A stretch of 64,000 nt of DNA from Mizuhopecten yessoensis (Eukaryota): positions 351,090 through 415,089 of the forward strand of contig NW_018480066.1 of the NCBI RefSeq assembly GCF_002113885.1, given 5' to 3'. The notes beneath the pieces are model-generated. The model was not told the origin of the DNA and did no database searches. It saw nothing but the letters and a program-made list of their open reading frames with translations. Within the stretch, counting starts at the first letter, position 1. The number at the start of each line of letters is the position of its first letter. Positions 52,501 through 64,000 of this stretch are shown piece after piece. A program made the position numbers and the translations under genes.

Positions 52501-55500
52501 TGTAGCTCTACCGTTGTTGATATATTTTACATTGTAGAAATACCGCTGATATATTGTAGCTATACCGCTGATATCTTTTACATTGAAGCTATACCGTTTA
52601 GCTATACCGTTGATATATTTTAGCTATACCGCTGATAAATTATAGCTATAACACTGATTTATTATTGCTATACCGCTGCTTTATTAAAGCAATACCGATT
52701 ATACATTGTAGCTTTTTGCTGATACATTGTAGCTATACCACCGATATATTGTAGCTATGCCGCTGATACATTGAAGCTACACTGCTGATACATTGTACAT
52801 TGTAGCTATACCATTGATATATTGTAGCTATGCCGCTGATACATTGAAGCTACACTGCTGATACATTGTACATTGTAGCTAAACGCTGACATATTGTAGC
52901 TTTTCCGCCAACACATAATTACTAAACCGTTGATATAGTGTAGCCTTTCCGCTGATACCTTAAAGCTATACAGCTGATATATTGTAGCTATACCGCTGAT
53001 ATATAATAGCTAAACCGCTGATATATTTTAGCTATACCGCTGCTAAATTATAACTATATTATAACTATATCGCTTATAATTATATTTTAGCTATACCGCT
53101 GATACATTAAAACTTCACTGCTGATAAATTGTAGCTATACCGCTGATATATTGTAGCTATACCACAGAAAGTGTTTAGCTATAACGCTGATACATTGTTA
53201 CTTAACCGCGTCTACAGTGTAGCTATACCGCTGATATGTTGTAGCTATACCGATGAAAAATTGTAGCTTTTCCGTCAACACAGTATTACTACATCGCTGA
53301 TATAGTGTAGCCTTTCCGCTGATACATTAAAGCTATACCCCTTATATATTGTAGCAGTACTGCTGATACATTGAAGCTACACTGCTGATACATTGTACAT
53401 TGTAGCTAAACGTTGACATATTGTAGCTTTTCCGCAATCACATTATTACTAAACCGTTGATATAGTGTAGCTTTTCCGCTGATACATTAAAGCTATACCG
53501 CTGATACATGATACAATGTATAGCTAAACCGCTGATTCATAGAAGCTATACCGCGGATCAATTATAGCTACACTGCTGATACATTGTACATTGTAGCTAA
53601 ACGCTGACATATTGTAGCTTTTCCGCAAACACATTATTACTAAACCGTTGATATAGTGTAGCCTTTCCGGTGATACATTAAAGCTATACCCCGCGTATAC
53701 AGTGTAGCTATACCGCTGATACATTGAAGCTAAACTGCTGATATATTAAAGCTATACCGCTGATACATTGTAGCTATACCCCTGATATATTGTAGCCATA
53801 CTGCTCATGCATTGTAGCTATATCCCTGATATAGTGTAGCTATACCGCTGATACATTGAAGCTACACTGCTGATATATTAAAGCTATACCGCTGATACAT
53901 TGAAGCTACACTGCTGATACAGTGTAGCTATACCGCGCATACATTAAAGCTACACTGCTGATATATTATAGCTATACCACTGATACATAGAAGCTATAAC
54001 GCTGATATGTTATAACTATACCGCTGATACATAGAAGCTACACTGCTGATGCATTGTAGCTATACCGCTGATATATTATAGCTACACTGCTGATACATTG
54101 AAGCTACACTGCTGATACATTGTAGCTATACCCCTGATGTATTGTAGCCATACTGCTCATGCATTGTAGCTATACCCCTGATATATTGTAGCTATACCGC
54201 TAATACATTGAAGCTACACTGCTGATATATTTAAGCTATACCGCTGATACATTGAAGCTACACTGCCGATACACTGAAGCTACACTGCTGATACAATGTA
54301 GCTATACCACGCATACATTACAGCTACACTGCTGATATATTATAGCTATACCACTGATACATTAAAGCTATACCGCTGATATGTTATAACTATACCGCTG
54401 ATACATAGAAGCTGCACTGTTGCTACATTATAGCTCTTATCACTGATTACATTGTAGCTATTGCCATTGATATAGTTAAGCTATCCTGCTGATTACGATG
54501 TAGCTATTTCGCAGATATATTATATTTATTATATTTATTAGGTATACAGCTGATATATTGTAGCTATACCGCTGATATATTGTAGCTATACCGCTGATAT
54601 ATTTTAACTAAACCGCTGACATATTGTAGCTATACCGTTCTTGATATATTTTACATTGTAGCTATACCGCTGATAAATTGTAGCCATACCGCTGATATCT
54701 TTTATATTGTAACTATGCCGTTTAGCTATACCGCTGATATATTTTAGCTATGCCGCTGATTTATTATTGCTATACCGCTGATTTATTATAGCAATACCGA
54801 TTGTACATTGTAGCTTTTTGCTGATACATTGTAGCTATACCACTGATATATTGTAGCTATACCGCTGATATATTGTAGCTAGACCCATTATGCATTGAAG
54901 CTATACCGCTGATATATTATAGCTATACCGTTGATAAATTGTAGCAATTTACAGGACCGATTATACATAATATTATTTCCTTAATGACTGAAACTATCCT
55001 TTAGGATTAGGAAAAACAACAAAGTTTAAAATGGATACGAATATTTACATACTATAAAATCCATCGTAATTATTGGCTGATGTGTTTTGAAATCCGGCTA
55101 ACTTATAATCACTTGCGTGACATACATTCTCAAACAGATCTCCATTATCTTACAGATACGGTCATGTATCGCAGAAATCATAAAGGTACGTATACAAAAG
55201 TGTATTTGGTATTTAAACGATAGATATGATTGGGCAGAAAAATAAAACTTCATCTGACAGATACTAAGTGACTTCATATATGCAATTTTACTAATAAAAT
55301 AACGAGGATAAGATTTGTCGTGACCATAACTTGTATAGACATACTGATTAATTCCAGCACATTATGTACTCCACCTATGTCCAGACACGGTCACATGACA
55401 ACAGATATCAACAATAAATACAAACACACCTAAACAGCTGTACTGAAGAACCTTATAATTACACGGACACTGAAACATCAGCAAATCAATATTAAGCACT

Positions 55501-58500
55501 ATAGGCTCCTGTTTTTAAACCCAACAAAATTTTCAGCTTCCCGGCGACGAGGCCTTCCCAAAGAAAAGAGAAGATGTATGGGAGGTTGGATGCGACATTA
55601 TTCCCTATAAAATTGGTGAGTGATTGACGTACATAAATTATTTACTTGTTATATGTCGCTATAGTTGAATTATGCAAATAAATAGCACGCCATTTATCTT
55701 ATTTTAATATCTTATATACGATTGGTGCAATGCTTACTAAATCTTGCTCAAGTGGTGAACTGTTGTTTTTACTTGTTAACACCACGGGAAGTTCCATCAA
55801 TCTCAATATATTTTTATTTCAGCAAAGAAAGAAAAGAAGGAGCCTGAGGGGGATAATTTGATGACGCCATCTGATTTACTCTTGTGGGCAGTGTTGACAA
55901 ACAAAATGGAAATGGCAGAACTATTTTGGAAACGTTCTCCTGAGCCGATCCGTAAATATTAACAATATTCTTAATTGTTAGGATTTTTACGTATTTGTAC
56001 TAAATATTGAAAAATTGAAGTTATATGTGGAATTATAAAAAAAGAAGACTATACAGTTCATGTAGAATACACAATAAAAACATGCAGAAATATATCAGAA
56101 TATTATGAAGCAAAACAAAAATACCGCGGTGTCAACATAACCGCTATTCAAACTTATATCGATAAAAGTATGGCACGGCACAATATCTAACAAAGAAAAC
56201 AACCCAAAATTTCAAAACTCTTTGTGCAAATTGACCATCCAACAGCGGATTGACAGATAACTTTGGCTTGTAAGTGCACTTCTTATTTAATGCAAGCAGC
56301 AGATAACGATTTTCCGAATAAGGTCAGGTATGAGAATTAGACAAACAAACAAAAGCAATTACTGTTATTCATCAATAGTTTAATGAACAAGTAGAAACGA
56401 CCAGATCGGAATCATTAAAGAACTCCGAGAGTTCGTTACTACAGATTTAAGGCTTGATATTATTTACCCAATACCTCTCAGTTGAATAATGGAAATACCA
56501 TGTTGTGCGGGTAAAGAAACTATGCAGCTCGTCTAATAAATGAGACCACAGTTCACAGTTTTGATTTGATATGCATGCGCTAGGCACCTATTGGAACAAC
56601 TTTATCTGTGGTTGGTACATGAGTTGGTCACCCTTGACCTATTGAAACCGTTGTTTCGTGAAACGAAGAGCCATTTCGTGGAGGAATTACCAGAAGATCG
56701 AAATCTATTGCCATTAAGAACACTCGTTTTGTATTCATTCTCCACGTTCATAACAATGCTGCTGGGAAGATATAAACACACAATGTTTTTGTAACAGGCT
56801 CTCAATCTTTTTACGTAGAACTACTATGTGGTTCCCAATTCAATGTGCCTTTTTCATTTATACATGTTATTTTATATTACTTCTATCCATTAATAAAAGC
56901 CTTTAATAACCCTTTGTAATGCAATGCCATTGATTTATTATTTCAGTTACTGCTCTCGTTGCGAGTGCTATACTACATAAGATGTCAAGGCGAGCTCATT
57001 CGAAAAAGGAAACTGATTTCAAGAGAACAATGCTTATGCATTCCCGGTAAAGTATTGCTTCTTATAGCAATAATCTTCTGCAAAATTGACTAGAAGACAC
57101 TGAATTAATTGTACAAATTGTTTAGAAAACATCCTGATCTGTCCATTGAGTGACTGACGGTAAATGAATCTTGACAAAACACATAATAATGCTCTGGAAA
57201 ATGGGTCAGCTAGCTATATAGTTAGTGAACATTATCTGCACAATGGGAAAGCTATATTAGTGGTTGATAGGTTGAAGACCATGCTCAGGACAGTATGAAA
57301 CCCAAATTAGGGATTGGTGGATTGACAAAAAAATCGACTACATACAAATCCCGATAAATCATATTGAATTAATATGCTCATAATCTTTTTACCTAGAACA
57401 TAGGGCCAAGTTGATCAGAAAAATAATGTGCATATCAGACATTTTGCAGTATTTTGTACTGTTTATTAACAGTGTGTTTCGCCAGAGAGCCATTGATGTG
57501 ACTCAAAGCCTCTTCGAAAATAATGAAATGGAAGCCATTTTTGTCCTGGAAGTAGAAAATTCTACGTCTGTTTGGGGTATTAAAGAAAGCTGTCTAGAAT
57601 TTTCCCAAGCACACAATATCTCTCAGTTTGTTTCACATCACGTCCCACAAAGAAGTTTTGACAGGATTTGGTATGGCGCGGGATTCTTTCACGACAACGA
57701 TTTGTACGAAACCAAGGTGAGGCGTTCATAATGGAAATATGTTTGTGATAATAAAACGATTTACCACCTTTGTTTTTATGAATAGAAATGAACATATTTC
57801 GATTGTAACATTCGACTGCAATGAACATATGAACAGCAGTGTAAGAAAGAAATTTATTTTGCATAATTTAAAATATTCAAAGGTATTAAAGAAAATACCA
57901 AAAAACAATCGTTCATAATTAATATACTATCTCAGACATTTCTTCATTCGGGAAAAGCTATCAATTACATCTTTAGATCATCAAAATAGATAAAACTATT
58001 CGTGTATTTTAAATCAAAATCAACATGTTTCTCAGAAAACAGTTCCAAGCCTCAGTAAGCATTATTTTATTAATCGCAAAGCATGAATGCATTTTTTCGC
58101 AGACAAAAAAAAATAGGCTTATTTGAAAAAGACAAATACGATTAACATCTTGAACAGGACAGTGGGCTGACATTTTCTGTGATTTTGGTCATAATTAAAA
58201 GTACCTAAAGAAAAAGTTAAATCACAGCAGTAGCATTCGTTTTCATGTACATTAAAGTACAAAATTCCACCTTTTCTACCTTTCCATTGAACCAGGAAGA
58301 AAAGTGTTGTACCGTTCGTGTCAAGAACTTCATAATCCCTTTGACTGCTTGGATCACGTCTCCCTTTTTGAAGTTCTTTATCCATTACGTAAGTACATTT
58401 TAATTGAGATGATTTATTTAATAACTGTTATTTTAATTCTTTGCATCATCTTCGTCACAGACTTTTCCGTTACTTCAGTTTACGTTAGAATGTATATTAC

Positions 58501-61500
58501 AGTCACTCAACCATCGAACTCACCAGATTGGAATAATAAATTATGAAATATTAAAATAAACTGCTACAGGTACCTGATCGTGTCTGGTAAAGCTGACTTA
58601 TTGCTATGATGCTAGTTACACTGACTTATTGCTATGATGTTGGTTATACTGACTTATTGCTATGATGCTGGTTATACTGACTTATTGCTATCTTATTGCT
58701 ATGATGCTGGTTATACTGACTTATTGCTATGATGCTGGTTATACTGCATTATTGATATGATGCTGGTTTTAGAGCATCTTCTGCCTGTTCTTGGTCTGCT
58801 TAAGCGCTTTTACCATGACCAACATCACAACAGAAAAATGGCCAATTGACAAGAAGTCAATCTATGAGTACTGCGCGTACCTGTGGCTGTTCGCTGACAT
58901 CATTGAGGAGTATGTACCGCCAGCCTTCTACACGATCCGGGTAAGATCTTTCTATTTAAGGAGGTTATTCTTCAGATCAAAATAACTATTATCATTCGGA
59001 ACAGAATCAATTTTCACTGAATATTGCAATTCCAAAAGAAGAATTGTTTTTCGGTCTATGCTGTATGTGAATATTTCAATGATACGACTGTTTAAAATCT
59101 TAGGTTATATCGGCTACTGCTGATATAGATATATCATTTTATAATTTTAAATTCATTTACATAGTATCTGCCATTCTGATGAATTATCCAAGTTTAGCTA
59201 TATTGTTTTCGCAAGGATAGTACTATAGACGACTGTGCATGGTTCATGGACTTATTTTGAGTTATATTTTTCCCTTTTGGAATGCGTACACGTATTGATA
59301 TTCTCATCTTTTGTATGTTTCTCTTAGCAATATTTGAATTCGAAGCAATGGCGACGTAGAGCTTGGAACCACATGCACAACTTCTGGAATGGAATGGACG
59401 CTTTGTCTTACTTAGTGCTTACCATCGGGATAATTGTCCGATTTGGTTACGAAACAACAAGTTTCGATATATCCAGACGATTTTACAGCGTTGGTTTATT
59501 TCTCATGTTCATGAGGTATCTCCATGTTTTATTGATTTCAAGGAGGATTGGCCCCACTGTCATCATGTTGAAAGAGGGAGTATGTTTCCTTCGTTATATA
59601 TATGTATAAAGATACCTCTAATGTAAATATAAATATAATTTACATATATTCAATGTAAATAAACTATTTCATATTCTCTCAAATGAAACTGTTCATGCCT
59701 CAGTTACGTATGTATGAAAAGTGTTTAATTTGATTTCTGATTTTTTGTCGTTATATAAGTGACAAAAAACCAATCGATGTGTATTACCCAATTTCTTTCT
59801 TTCAGCTCAAAGAGTTGATGCGATTTGTAGTCATCATGGCGGTATTTATCTTGAGTGCTGGAGTATTCTACCACGCCAATATCTATCCAAACCACTACGA
59901 CATGTTCTCACCTCATGGCATGAGATATTGGAGTGTCTGGCAAATCATCTATTATCCTTACTGGTCAATTTATGGAGAGTTCAAAGATGAAATCTATGGT
60001 GAGTGCACAAAAACTAGTAGATAAATTTCAGTAAAACCAATGGATGGAATGGAAATACTGACTTTAAACCATCGAGTTTCAACTTGCATAGAGCCCCGTG
60101 AAAATGCATTTAAAAACACTACAGAATTGTTGTGTAATGTAAATACAGTACAGTAATACCACAGAATTATTGTATGATGTAAATACAGCGACGGTAATAC
60201 CACAGAATGATTCTATAATGTAACTACAATAGTGTTTACACCACAGTATTAGTATATTCTTTAAGTACAGTAACGCTAACACCACTGACTTATAGTTTAA
60301 TGTAAATACAGTAACGGTAACACCACTGACTTATAGTTAATGTAAATACAGTAACGGTAACACCACTGACTTATAGTTTAATGTAAATACAGTAACGGTA
60401 ACACCACTGAAATATAGTGTAATGTAAATAGAGTAACTGTTATATCACAGAAATAGTGTATAATGTAAATGCAGTAACGGTAACACAAAAAAATTATAGT
60501 ATAATGAAAATCTAGTATGGTAACACAACATAATTATAGTATAATGTAAATACAGAAACGATACCACCACTGAATTATAGCTTAATGTAAATACAGTAAC
60601 GGTAACACCACTGAATTATAGTGTAATGTAAATAGAGTAACGGTTATATCACAGAAATGGTGTATAATGTAAATACAGTAACGGTAACACCACTGAATTA
60701 TAGCTTAATGTAAATACAGTAACGGTAACTCCACTGAATCATAGCTTAATGTAAATACAGTAACGGTAACTCCACTGAATCATAGCTTAATGTAAATACA
60801 GTAACGGTAACTCCACTGAATCATAGCTTAATGTAAATACAGTAACGGTAACTCCACTGAATCATAGCTTAATGTAAATACAGTAACGGTAACTCCACTG
60901 AATCATAGCTTAATGTAAATACAGTAACGGTAACTCCACTGAATCATAGCTTAATGTAAATACAGTAACGGTAACTCCACTGAATTATAGCTTAATGTAA
61001 ATACAGTAACGGTAACACAACATAATTATAGTATAATGTAAATATAGTACGGTAACACAACATAATTATAGTATAATGTAGATACAGTAACGGTTATACC
61101 ACAGAAATGATGATTAATGATAAAAACAGTAACGGTAACCCCACAGAAATGTTGTTAAATGTAAAAACAACTTCGGTAAGACACAAAATTATTGTATGGT
61201 GTAAATACAGCGACGGTAATACCACATCATTATTGTATGGTGTAAATACAATAACGGTAATTCCATAGAATTAGTGAATAAAGTAAATACAGTAACGGTA
61301 ACACCACAGAATTATAGTATAATGTAAAAATTACGGTAACATAACATAATTATAGTATAACGTAAATACAATAACAGTTATACCACAGACATGTTGTATA
61401 ATATAAATACAGTACGGTAACCCCACAGAAACGTTGTTAAATGTAAAAACAACTTCGGAAAGACACAGAAATATTGTACAATGTAAATACAGCGACGGTA

Positions 61501-64000
61501 ATACAACAAAATTAGTGTATGTTGTAAATACAGTAACGGTAATACAATAAAATTATTGTATGGTGTAAATACAGCCACGATAATACCACAAAATTATTGT
61601 ATGGTGAAAATACAGTAACGGTAATACCACAAAATTATTATATGGTGTATATACAGCCACGGTAATACAACCGAATTATTGTATGGTGTAAATACAGTAA
61701 CGGTAATACCACAGAATTATTGTTTCTAAATACAGTAACGGTAATACCACAGAATTAGTGAATACATTAAATACAGTATTGTATGGTGTAAATATAATAA
61801 CGGTAATACCACAGAATTATTGTATGGTGTAAATACAGCGACGGTAATAGCACAGAATTAGTGTATGGTGTAAATACAGTAACCGTTACACCACAGAATT
61901 ATTGTTTGTGTAGATACAGTAACCGTAACACCACAGAATTATTGTATGATGTAAGTACAGTAACGGTAATACCACAGAATTATTGTATGAAAATACAGTA
62001 ACGGTAATACCACAGAATAAGTGAATAAAATAAATACAGTAACGGTAACACAACAAAATTATAGTATAATGTAAATACAGTAACGGTTATAACACAGGGT
62101 TATTGTATGGTGTAAATATAGTAACCGTTATACCACAGAGTTATTTTATGGTGTAAATACCGTAACCGTTATACCACAGAGTTATTGTATGGTGTAAATA
62201 CAGTAACGGTACTTCCACAAAATTAGTGAATATAGTAAATACAGTAAGAGTAACACCACAGAAATGTTGTAAAATATAAATACAGCGACGGTAATACACA
62301 GAACTGTTCTGTAATGTAAATACAGTAACGGTAATACCACAGAATTATTGTATGATGTAAATACAACGACGGTAATACCACAGAATGATTCTATAATGGA
62401 ACTACAATAGTGTTTAAACCACAGTATAAGTATATTCTTTAAATACAGTAACGGTAACACCACCGAATTATAGCTTAATGTAAATACAGTAACGGTAACT
62501 CCACTGAATTATAGTATAATGTAAATATAGTATGGTAACACAACATAATTATAGTATAATGTAAATACAGTAACGATAATACCACTAAATTATTGTATGT
62601 TGTAAATACAGTAACCGTTATACCACAGGAATATTGTATGGTGTAAATATAGTAACCGTTATACCACAGAGTTATTGTATGGTGAAAATACAGTAACGGT
62701 TATACCACAGAGTTATTGTATGGTGTAAATACAGTAACCGTTATACCACAGAGTTATTGTATGGTGAAAATACAGTAACGGTAACACCACATAATTAGTG
62801 TATAATGTAAATACAGTAACGGTATCACCACAGAATTATAGTTTAATGTAAATACAGTAACGGTATCACCACAGAATTATAGTATAGTGTGAATACAGTA
62901 ACGGTAACACCACAGAATTATAGTTTAATGTAAATATAGTAACGGTATCACCACAGAATGTTGTAAAATGTTAAATACAGCGACGGTAATAACACAGAAT
63001 TAGTGTATGGTGTAAATACAGTGAAGGTAATACCTCATAATTAGTGTATAATGGAAATACAGTAACGGTAACACCACAGAATTAGTGTGTTTTTCAAATA
63101 CAGCCATGGTACTGTACTATGTACAATACTATAAGAATAGGTTCAAATTTAAGCGAAACGTTTGTGCATTGCTGATCGTTCACATTGCATCGTAACGATT
63201 ATTACATCCTGTTAATTAACGATCGTACTGTCGGTGAATATTACGAAGTCAAAGACTAATTGATAAGCAATCATTTATCAAGCAATCAAACATGTAAAAA
63301 TCTTGGACATTGGATATAACATTGAAATTGCATACATTACCTGTTCAGTTCAAATTAGCCACAAACACAACGCAAAAAAAATTAAAAACACTTCTCGCAC
63401 GTGATACAGATTTAAAACAAGTAATGTTATGGTGTGAAAAATAGGAAGCAGTATCATTATTACTGTCAAACTTTTCAAAAGCATACAAATTATCCGTTTT
63501 TCAATATTTTCAGCATGTAATGAAAGGCTTTCGACGATATAATTCCTTACTATTATTTCAAGACATCTAACAGCGATGTTAAGCAAGTTTTGTCTAGATA
63601 ATCATTATTTAATCATATATTACATGTTCATTGTTATGTTTTATTCATTTTTAGCTTTATCTTTTATGAAATTTCCTCAAAGCTAGGTAAAGCTGTAAAT
63701 GAGTTCTTCTTCTTTAATGATAGTAACATGTATGTTTCCAATGGTCATCGTCTTTTCACAGTCATTTAATATATATATATATTTTTTATTAAAGTGCAGC
63801 TTAGTTATCTTAAAAAAATTGTCGTCGGACTCAATGGCCGGTAGGTCATAATTCGCCTTTCCCCATTCTTTAATTTACTCCATTATTGTTTCAAATGAAT
63901 TCAAGACATTAGCGGATTTGTTTTTTTAATCCCTTTGATACAATCTCGTCTTTCAAAATCAGGAGAAGACTCTACTGACACCTGCAGCCGCAATGAAACC
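37555..64000 (+). CDS. TRPM-like channel gene, copy B (ORF potentially intact; runs off the window end in the pore-loop exon)
   Basis: Phase-consistent stop-free exon chain: 37555-37600 (cgccATG), 41272-41418, 42034-42272, 44246-44420, 48256-48400, 48846-48960, 49505-49667, 49909-50120, 50447-50563, 51177-51206, 55156-55185, 55537-55615, 55823-55951, 56947-57046, 57473-57716, 58296-58388, 58773-58940, 59328-59579, 59806-59998, 63963-end. Same TRPM motifs as copy A up to the pore. The first exon and the donor after 42272 are the least certain parts. Confidence 0.85.
38862..39316. repeat. 64-bp minisatellite x7, copy B only
   Basis: gagtaagagagttccatgtacttgtttacacaaggtacacagcgaattatttagtacattaatt. 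Confidence 0.95.
40283..41238 (-). mobile_element. LTR retrotransposon remnant: ~741-bp LTR (40283-41023) preceded by PPT and ~200 bp internal sequence
   Basis: Minus strand reads AGGGGAGta then TGTAACCCAGG ... CCGGTGACA; block absent at the paralogous site ~4650. Confidence 0.7.
41272..41418 (+). CDS. Copy B SLOG/MHR1 exon
   Basis: TNSGVSTYTTQQPTLAAFLVGDSIGFVPKPWPKAKFKEALVDTLKDFG; paralog of 4679-4816. Confidence 0.75.
42034..42272 (+). CDS. Copy B SLOG exon (PWVFCECINPP..NTFCLIGIK)
   Basis: acttag acceptor; W and IGI match TRPM GAWIITGG...TIGIA; donor ambiguous (42273 gtgaag or 42280 gtatgt). Confidence 0.7.
42687..43808. repeat. 60-bp minisatellite, ~19 units, core nearly invariant
   Basis: Explains ORFs 42608-43708 and 42722-43813. 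Confidence 0.97.
44246..44420 (+). CDS. Copy B SLOG-region exon (EKEEGKKIMIPEK..LFLEEKLS..KQF)
   Basis: tttcag/gtaagt; LEExLS resembles TRPM LEKxIS. Confidence 0.75.
46130..47185 (+). mobile_element. HINE/DINE-1-like (Helentron-associated) non-autonomous element
   Basis: 5' subterminal ttgtccccaaacggt versus 3' accggtggggaacta; (CCGT/CTGT)n microsatellite 46180-46232; ~140-160-bp central repeats rich in tgacct; nested 41-bp x3.6 repeat 46925-47073; ends ccttgtt. Confidence 0.75.
48256..48400 (+). CDS. Copy B SLOG exon (MKLPTIVVVVEGD..GSGMAADLIG)
   Basis: gattag/gtaaga; no stop. Confidence 0.88.
48846..50563 (+). CDS. Copy B MHR2/3 exons (48846-48960, 49505-49667, 49909-50120, 50447-50563)
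   Basis: Phase-consistent GT-AG exons; last encodes LLLYALKENLYDITEVLVDKGV..KDLY (TRPM AL..N..FV..L...GV motif). Confidence 0.8.
51340..54952. repeat. ~22-bp satellite, ~3.6 kb
   Basis: Paralog of 14785-16916 with higher-order block duplications. Confidence 0.95.
55537..57716 (+). CDS. Copy B MHR4 exons (55537-55615, 55823-55951, 56947-57046, 57473-57716)
   Basis: Paralogous to copy A 17510-19400; stop-free. Confidence 0.88.
58296..59998 (+). CDS. Copy B pre-S1 to pore exons (58296-58388, 58773-58940, 59328-59579, 59806-59998)
   Basis: Close paralogs of the copy A transmembrane exons; canonical splice sites. Confidence 0.9.
58593..58770. repeat. 28-bp minisatellite, ~6 units
   Basis: Paralog of 19947-20200. 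Confidence 0.9.
60115..63110. repeat. ~41-bp minisatellite, ~3 kb
   Basis: Paralog of 21495-22320; homogeneous sub-block at ~60690-61010. Confidence 0.95.

Overview
AT-rich, intron-rich animal genomic DNA; the repeat types suggest a mollusc, probably a bivalve (inference). The window holds a ~35-41 kb tandem duplication. Each unit carries a + strand multi-exon TRPM-family cation channel gene with SLOG/MHR1-2, MHR3-4, S1-S6 and TRP box; where the 3' end is visible (copy A) the C-terminus is short, with no NUDT9-H or kinase. Copy A (~2058-25994) is complete but has two nonsense codons and two frameshifts in its modelled exons, all in the N-terminal half; everything from 17752 to the stop is open. 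Copy B (37555 to the window end) splices by hand into one phase-consistent ORF (~1038 aa if completed with the copy A 3' exons), but only by skipping several decayed SLOG-region exons. Introns and spacer contain shared minisatellites of very different lengths, LINE fragments, a TA-flanked non-autonomous DNA transposon with an empty paralogous site, an LTR plus PPT remnant, HINE/DINE-1-like elements and short hairpin MITEs. All exon models were made by eye and need RNA-seq confirmation.
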